Positions 56,791 to 64,000 of a DNA stretch of 64,000 nucleotides are shown piece after piece. Under the pieces are notes generated by a model. It was not told the origin of the DNA and made no database searches. It saw only the letters and a program-made list of their open reading frames with translations. The DNA lies in NCBI GenBank assembly GCA_977018835.1, contig OZ361261.1, positions 1,612,001 to 1,676,000 of the forward strand, written 5' to 3'. Source of the stretch: Minutocellus sp. GHC0000111 (Eukaryota). Both the position numbers and the translations under genes were made by a program. Within the stretch, counting starts at the first letter, position 1, and every line of letters starts with the position of its first letter.

Positions 56791-59017
56791 ATGAGCGACG
56801 ACATTGGCGATTCGAAGCAGGAGGGCAAGGGCCACGCACAGAACAGAGTTCCAGTCGATGCCAATGGTGACTTGGAGGCCCAAGCACCATCATTTCTGGA
56901 TGGTGTTGGGCCAAGTGATGGTATTGGTGATAATGATCAGCGGCCCGCATTTGGGGCTCCTGTCATGGATATCAGCTACCGGGTGGGCCTCAACGACGAA
57001 GGAGAAGGCAGTGATGGCGGCGTCGGCGGCGCAGATGCTTCCTACACGGCAAACGAGATGACGATCGATGACAATGTGCCCCAAAGTGTCCGAAAGTGGT
57101 TGGAAGCTCAGCAGGAACGAGAATACAACGGGACAACGGGCGCAGCAGAGAGCAAGATTGTTCAATCGGCCAGGTCCGGTGGAGCCACGATGGCCGCGGA
57201 AAGACCTCAAGCCGCACGTCGCCAGTCGATGCACAGCGTGAACTCGATCGCTTCCCTCAAATCCCTCGCCATGCAATCTGCGACCTCAGGCGGCTCCACC
57301 CGCAATGTCCTGAGTACTGCCAACAATAGCGACGCCGACGACATGTCTTTGAGTTCGGATGCCAAAGTAGACCCACATACCAAGGCCTTCAGGGGCGCCA
57401 TCGAAAGCGCTGGCTTGAATGCGTTTGGTATCATTGCCGTGGACGTGTGGATTCACGACGAGGACGACGGGTCGTTCCATCACGCCCCAGGAGGATACTG
57501 GCGCCATCCAAGATACCAACCCAACGATGTCCTGGCTCAGATAGCTCTTGCGCGAGTCGAGGATATTGACAGGAAGGACTTCGTTCCTCCAACTCGCCAG
57601 ATCCCCGGCGCCGGACTTGCTGGCTACTTCTGGAGTCTATGTACCCACCACGATCATCACTGCACCTGGAGAGATGTACGTGCTATCACGTCAGATCCGG
57701 ACCAACCCCCGTATCTTCGGATGAAACTTTTGGAACAAGCCGGATTTGGCAAGGCCACGGGAATACCCTTTGACATTCGTGGACATCGCGGCGTCGTTCT
57801 ATTTCTCGCCAGAGAGTCCGCCAGCGAGGCCCAGCTTCTTGAACTCAGCAACGATTGCCACCTTAGAGTCTCAGCTGATGTTATTGGGGCGGTTTCGGCT
57901 CGAAGCATTACGCAGGAGGCTTGCAAGAATCTGAAGAAGGCTCGAACGGCTGCCACTCTTCGCCGCCTCCGTGCGAAATTTATGGCAATTGTCGCTTTTA
58001 GCAAGCATTGTGGCAATGATGATTCTACTGAGAATCATCTCCCACCAACCATTGATATCTACCAACCAGATGAAATGGAGAGGCTGAGTTCTTTCCAGAA
58101 GCTGTCAGCAAGCGTGAGCGCTAAAATGAGAAAGTCTTACCGCCAATCGCTAGCCGAAGAAATTTCGACTGCTTTCAAACAAAAGGCTCGCGTTACTTTG
58201 ACAAAGTGCAAGGGAGGTGGGATGAAACCCCCGCCCCCCATGCCTACAAGACAGGTGATTTGGACATTTTTGGGTGCCTTCATAACACTTATGATTCTTG
58301 GTGGTCTCAATGTTATCCTGTCGAAAGAGACTGGGTATGGAATTCTCCTCCCTCCCTTCGGAGCTCTGCTTACGCTTCAATACGGTCTGACTCCTGCTCC
58401 TGCGAGCCAGCCGAGGAATGCGATATGTAAGAGATCACAAGAAATGCTCGTTTCATCATTTTACGTTGATGCAATCCCATGTAAATTCGATCGTATTCTC
58501 TTCCTCACATTGTTTTGGCCATACTTGTTTTTACCCTTCTCCCAACCTCTCAGACGGACAAATCATTGCGATTTCACTTGCCCTCCTCGTCAAGGTCATC
58601 ACAGCCAACATGGCTTATACCTGGATCAGAGTACCACTGGCAACTTCACTTGCCATCGCCTTCATGGCAAGACTTGGAATTCTTCACCCGCCCGCAGGGG
58701 CATCTGCTGCACTCTTCTCTTCCCAAGACAGGTTTGATGGCATATTCTTTGCCCTCATGCTCTTTGGCAATCTCATAGCCATCTTTACGGCAATTTTGAT
58801 CAATAATCTCAATGACAAGAAGCAATATCCCATCTACTATGCATTTGTCACCGATAATTGGATTGATCGTGTACTCGGCACCTTTGATGCATGCATTCCA
58901 TACTGTCAGCGAAAGAAACTTTCTCGCGAAGAGGACCTCGATCGAACTCGGCACGTGCTGGATAAGAGCCTTCGAATGAGTCTGAGAGAATTTAACAACC
59001 AGAAACCTCCTTTTTAG
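56791..59017 (+). CDS. HPP-family membrane protein with a long N-terminal GAF-like region; exons 56791-58426 and 58554-59017
   Basis: PFGALLTLQYGLTPAPASQPRN and HPPAGA motifs; intron 58427-58553 restores NAIYGQII. Confidence 0.85.
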
Positions 59018-59233
59018 TTAATCAAGTGCAGCCTCTCATACCATATCGCCAATGAATCCGCTCTCTCCCAAGAAACATTCTTTGGGCCTTTTTGTTACCT
59101 ACCATTTTTGTTTTATCATGAATTTTTACCATAATTTGACTAGTTTTTTGTTACCAAGAACTTTACTATCTATTAGCTAGCTAGATAGATGTATTACGCT
59201 AGCTAGCCAGGACATCTAAATAAAACGTCACCT

Positions 59234-62200
59234 CTAAGCATAATAATAATTCCAAGGTCTTGGATCGAGAACTCTTACTCGGCCCTGCTTCGTTCCATAA
59301 ACAAAGCCATGACCACTCTCGGGATGGAACCGAGCTATATTTACATCATCGTCGGATGAACGGAGGGTGGTGACGTGGACAAGCTGACTTTCAGGCGACG
59401 TCAAAGACCCGTCGCCGCCATGTTCTCCAATTACGGCGGTGACGGGATGCGGTGTGCGGTCGCCACCCTGTGGAGCATTTTCTCTAACTCCATATCCTAG
59501 AAGACAGTAGTCGGCACTTGGACTGAATTTGACACATGTGACGCCGCTGGCCTTGGGACCGGCTAGACGGCAGGCACGGATGATATTGCCAATGGGAAGG
59601 TCGCGACTGAGTTCATGTTTCAGCAAGCAAGTGGACTGTGGAACATAACTTGGCGCGTCTGTAGATAGCGAGAGTGTCACAACGTGAGGAACCCATCGGC
59701 CTCCGATCGGCTCACCGTCTGGGCCTTCCTCGGCATTGTCAGAATCGTGTCGCCCATGCCGATGCGGCGGTGGTCCATCGGCATATCCGCGGCCGTCGCG
59801 TCTGCGTCTTCTACCAGCAATGGCTTGGCGCCGGGAAAGGCTTGGCATGGGCACCACATTGCGACCTGTTCCGTCCTTCCCTTGCCCTCTGGGCGGAGTA
59901 GATGTATTCGCCGACGTTCCGTCTCCACCTTCGGAGGGAACACCTGCCTGTCCTCTCCGTCCCGGGGGACTTGGCGGGGTTTGGGGGACGTTGGATCGAA
60001 TCATCGCCGGAGGCGGAGTTTTGGGATTGTCAAGAGCGAACTTGGAAGGCAGATTTCCAGTTCCCTGGCGATTTGCTTGCGATGAGGTTGGCGTACGAAA
60101 GCTCGATGATCCAATAGTACCCTGGCGAGGAGGCGACGAGAAGGAAACAGTTGCGTTGGTCGAGGCTCTGCCCTCGTCATCACTGCCACCATCCCCGGAA
60201 TCATTCGTTGCATTAAGAACACGAAGCTCATGCTGAACTTGCTCGATTTCCTTGGCAATCAACGCATTTTTATCAGTGATACCATCCTCGATCCAGTATT
60301 CGACGCAGGCACACATCTTTGTCCCGTCGGTCGAAACGTCAAAGCCTCCATCGTTGTACAGAAGGGCGCGATTGGTCAACATGCGGGGCTTTAAGTTGAC
60401 AAAGCAGTAGTGGGAAATGCAAATAAGACATTAGGATTGCGAGGGCATATATAGAAGAAGAATGGAATGCATGCGAAAAAAAAGAAAATGACTCACATTA
60501 GAAAGCAGCCTCCTCCGCGAATTGTCACCGTCCTCGTTCCCGCCTCCACGTCCAGTTAGAGCAGCCGCCAGATCAAATTCGTGCAGTTGTAGGTTGAATG
60601 TCATGCCTCCACCGCTCATGCCGCCCCCCCGAGGATTTTGCTGCGGATTGGCACCGCCAATAATGACGTGCTTGCCCGAGGGGGGGAAATGCACGCACCG
60701 AAGAGCGGCGGTGAAGCCATGCTCCATAAGGTCTCCGCCGCTTCCGCCAATCTGCCGTTCCTCGCTCCTAGAGGCACTGCCCGATACCGGGAGGGTGCTC
60801 AGTACATCGTGGATGTTGACACCTTCCTGATCTTCGCCGTTGTCAGCACCAATACCATCATCTTCCGCATCCTTGCCACGAAGCATCTGCCTCGCCGCAC
60901 GGCGCTCCTCCCGCTCCCGGCGCAACCGTCCGCCGACGTCGTCCCAGTCCCACAGTCCGCCGACGTCGTCCCAGTCCCACAGATGGACCTTGGACCCGCT
61001 GGCGGCGGCCAATATGTGTCCGGAGGGGTGAAAGCTCAACGAGATGATGGCATACTGCAGCCGGATCATGGCCAAACAGACGCCACGGCTGAGATGGTAG
61101 TCGTACCGGGTCGGGTCGGAGTCGGTGTAGTGAGATGGAAGGACGTCGTGGTTGATGCTGGAGCCATCGACACCACTGCCACCGCCAGAAGTGGAACCCT
61201 CCAGACCACCCACGACGGCACGGGGACTCTGCGGACGTTGCACCTTGCCTCCACTTTTTGTCCTTCCACCAACTCCACTGTCCCCCGCCTTGCTGCTGTT
61301 GTAGGGGCGGTAATTCCAATCCCACACCCGTACCTGAAAGCCCAAGCATCCACTGGCTGTCGACGGGATGGTACTTGACCGTCCAGGGAGTACGGGGATG
61401 GCCCTCCAAGTTGCGCACCAGCCGGCCGGTGGCGCAGCACGTGATCTTGACGGTGTGATCGCCGTGCGTCGAGGCCAGGGTCCGTCCATCGGGAGAGAAC
61501 GACAGCGAGATGGTGGACACAGCCGGACGGGCCGGGGCGGTGTGGGCCGTGAGGATGTCGGTAACGCCCGCGTTGGTGGGCTGGTACGACGGTGGGGCGG
61601 GGTCAGTTCGTGGTGGCTGCTGCTGCTGCTGGCCTAAGGAAGATTCATCATCGGTAGTATTCATCTGAACCACATGCCTCTGGGCGGCAATCTGATTGTT
61701 GTGATGGCTGGACCGGGCCAGGGCATCACCGGTGCTGCTCAGGTACGACCAGTGGAACTTGGTGGCGGAACAGTGCTCCCCAAATTGTCGGATTTCGGTG
61801 GCAATGGTGTTGGTGGACAGTTCGGGAGAGGATCCATTGTTGATACTGCTACTTCCATTTTCATCTTCATCGGCAATATTGCCATCCTCATCGACAGCAA
61901 TGTCATGGAGAGCATTGGTGGCAGCCCGATCCCTCATGGGCCGCAGCGCCGCCAGGTTCTGCCGTCCCCGTCCTCCGCCGGGGGTGAGCTGCCTCCCCAG
62001 CACGATGGAAGCAATGTTTCGTCCACCGTAACTCTTGGGAGGTTTCAGCGCCGGCTGTTTGGCCTTTGTCTCCTCCGCTGTCTTGTCCTCCTCATTTTCA
62101 CCCTGCTGCTGCCAGGGAACGTTGGTACGGCCCGATTGCGCCTAGGCCATCCGATCGGCGTAGGCCTTGCGGGTCCCAACGTCGTGAATTTGGCGGTACA

Positions 62201-62477
62201 TGTCGACCATCTGGCCGAGGCGGTCGTCGTAGATGGGCTCGTGATTTTGCACGTTGCTTCGATACGCACGGAGGGCGGCACAGTGGATGTATGCCGGGTC
62301 CGACTGCACCATTTGCGCGTGCCGGGCCTGGGCCTGGGCCTGGGCTTGTGCTTGCGAGGGTGGTACTACCGGAGCTCGCGGCGCCTGCGGTGGTCCAGGG
62401 ACCGGCCGCAGCTGCTGATTATTATTGTTGGCATTCCCAGCGCCGCCGCTGGGCGCATCGCCGCCGCCAGATGACAT
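59234..62477 (-). pseudogene. AMBRA1-like WD40 protein; intron 60496-60389; in-frame TAG 62142-62144, frameshift near 61355, 27-bp duplication 60928-60981
   Basis: STISLSFSPDGRTLASTHGDHTVKI, GHPRTPWTVKYHP, ASGCLG, LYNDGGFDVS and NIARFHP...GFVYGTKQG. Confidence 0.8.
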
Positions 62478-62850
62478 GGTTTTATGAAGCGGGCCGGGGG
62501 GTCGGTTTCCCTCGATCTCAATTCAAATAATAAATGACGGTCGCGGAACCGGCACCGCACTTGAAAAATAAGCACAAGATACGCTGCAATGCTCCAAGAC
62601 CACCCAAGCGCGAATCCAACAGGCAATGCGGATACAGAATGAGGGCCAGTATCTGAATCAACCAAGTGGTTTACATAGACTCTTCCACGCAAATACGTGT
62701 ACCTAGGTAGCGTCGGTCGGCAGCAGGTACCCAAACGAACACAACATGGCGTGCTCGTTTTTTTATTTCGGTTCCTCGAAGAATGAGGCGAGACAGGCCT
62801 TTCTGAACGCCATCAGAATGACCTCAAGGAAACCAAATCTGCGCTGCGCT

Positions 62851-63826
62851 TAATTCGAATCAGCCGGGACCAACCAGTGACGTACCAGTCGACATGTGCC
62901 AGCCAAGGCATGCTTCTTGGAGGACAAAGGGTAGACGGCAACGTCATGAAAATCCGTCACCAACACTTGGGTACAATTGTGGCCGCGGATCGACTTGATC
63001 CCGGACATCATGGTGTCGGCACAGACAGTGCCACGGAACCTGTTGCGCGACGACGAGACACAAAGCTTGAGGCGTCCTGAGCCTTCTCGTAAACGGCTTG
63101 GTGACATCATCTCGGATGGCCTCCTGCGTCGCAGCATCGATGGCAGCTCTTGCTTTGTCGATGCCGACACCCCACATCTTGGCCAGACGCTCGGCGGTCA
63201 CCCTTGGCTTCCTGCTCGAGGTGCCGATGGCATCGATGGGGAGACTTGAGGGACTCCTTGGTGGCTTTCAACTTGCTGACACGAAGCTTGTTGAGTTTCC
63301 TGACGATGCTGGCTTGTGATGACTTGAGCTTGGAAAGACGGCGCCGTTCCTTGGTGCCATGCAACAACACAGAGCTGTCGCTGCTGTTGGAAGACGAGCT
63401 GTCATGTCACACTCTGCCACTCTCCGACGACGTCTCCTCCCTAGTCTCGCTGGCATCATCAGCGGCAGGATCAATCGCAGACACCAAGTGCGAATCTTTC
63501 GACCTTGTCCAAAGTGAAGACAGATTGACTAGAGTTGCGCCGCCACCAAAACGCATTGTGCAAACTCGCGAGGAGTAGATTAACGTGCTCCCCAGCACGG
63601 TGATCGACATGGCCTATCTCCCGCCCTGTGGCGGTCGGTCGGAGTTCCTCGATGGGCATCTCAACGACACGGTGTAACGAAGTGCCGATGAAAGACATCG
63701 GAACGAACATAAAAAGACACGCAAAAGATGTGCTCATGCAAGAGACACGATGGGTCGGATGAGAACTAATTCGAATCAGCCGGGACCAACCAGTGACGTG
63801 CCAGTCGATATGTACCAGCCAAAGCA
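62851..63826. repeat. 60-bp direct repeat at 62851-62910 and 63767-63826 (4 mismatches)
   Basis: TAATTCGAATCAGCCGGGACCAACCAGTGACGT(A/G)CCAGTCGA(C/T)ATGT(G/A)CCAGCCAA(G/A)GCA. Confidence 0.9.
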
Positions 63827-63898
63827 AGAACATACGTTCCAATGTATCCAATCACCAGCACACAGCAAAGATATCGTAGCAACAACTCTAACTCGACA
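62851..63898 (-). mobile_element. Degenerate Ty1/copia (CoDi-like) LTR-retrotransposon remnant
   Basis: Frameshifted integrase-region fragments (TAERLAKMWGVGIDKA...TRRLRT; GTVCADTM..KSIRGHNCTQV) bracketed by a 60-bp direct repeat. The boundaries are approximate. Confidence 0.65.
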
Positions 63899-64000
63899 AC
63901 TAGTCAATTACTCATGGCTCGTCGGATCTTTCATGGATCCTGTCGCTCTCTAAGGCGACGTACAGACGGCTCCTGGCATATTTCAATTACGCTGCCGCCA

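Noticed and set aside
7268..62477. Programmed frameshifting, RNA editing or stop-codon reassignment as the cause of the broken genes
   Set aside because: The lesions share no slippery or flanking motif and include apparent loss of several codons. TAG and TGA both terminate intact genes in this window.

Overview
Gene-dense eukaryotic nuclear DNA, very probably from a diatom. The evidence is short GT-AG introns, bipartite signal-peptide + 'AF' plastid-targeting presequences, diatom-expanded families (MYND/Sel1 and glycosyltransferase-like type II membrane proteins) and a CoDi-like copia remnant. About 30 protein-coding loci are visible. They include a sulfotransferase-like protein, an APP1-type HAD phosphatase, LIS1, plastid TPI, chlorophyll synthase, an HMG-box protein, three glycosyltransferase-like proteins, the RNR large subunit, NPF/POT, Aa_trans, BT1 and HPP transporters, a RAD51 paralogue, ABCF, ABCG/PDR, a flavin monooxygenase, RsfS, GNAT, an NCA2-like protein and an AMBRA1-like WD40 protein. 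The most striking property is that about ten genes carry frame-breaking lesions: short deletions, tandem duplications, 1-2 bp indels and in-frame stops. This suggests a decaying haplotype or duplicated segment, although consensus error cannot be excluded. Other highlights are a 187-bp MITE with internal palindrome units inserted in a TA tract, a plastid-targeted Gly/Ser/Phe low-complexity protein ending in WSP (pyrenoid-linker candidate), a GAF-like/HPP fusion, a secreted/GPI-type APP1 phosphatase and a MICAL-like monooxygenase. All family assignments come from motif recognition by eye; no database search was run.
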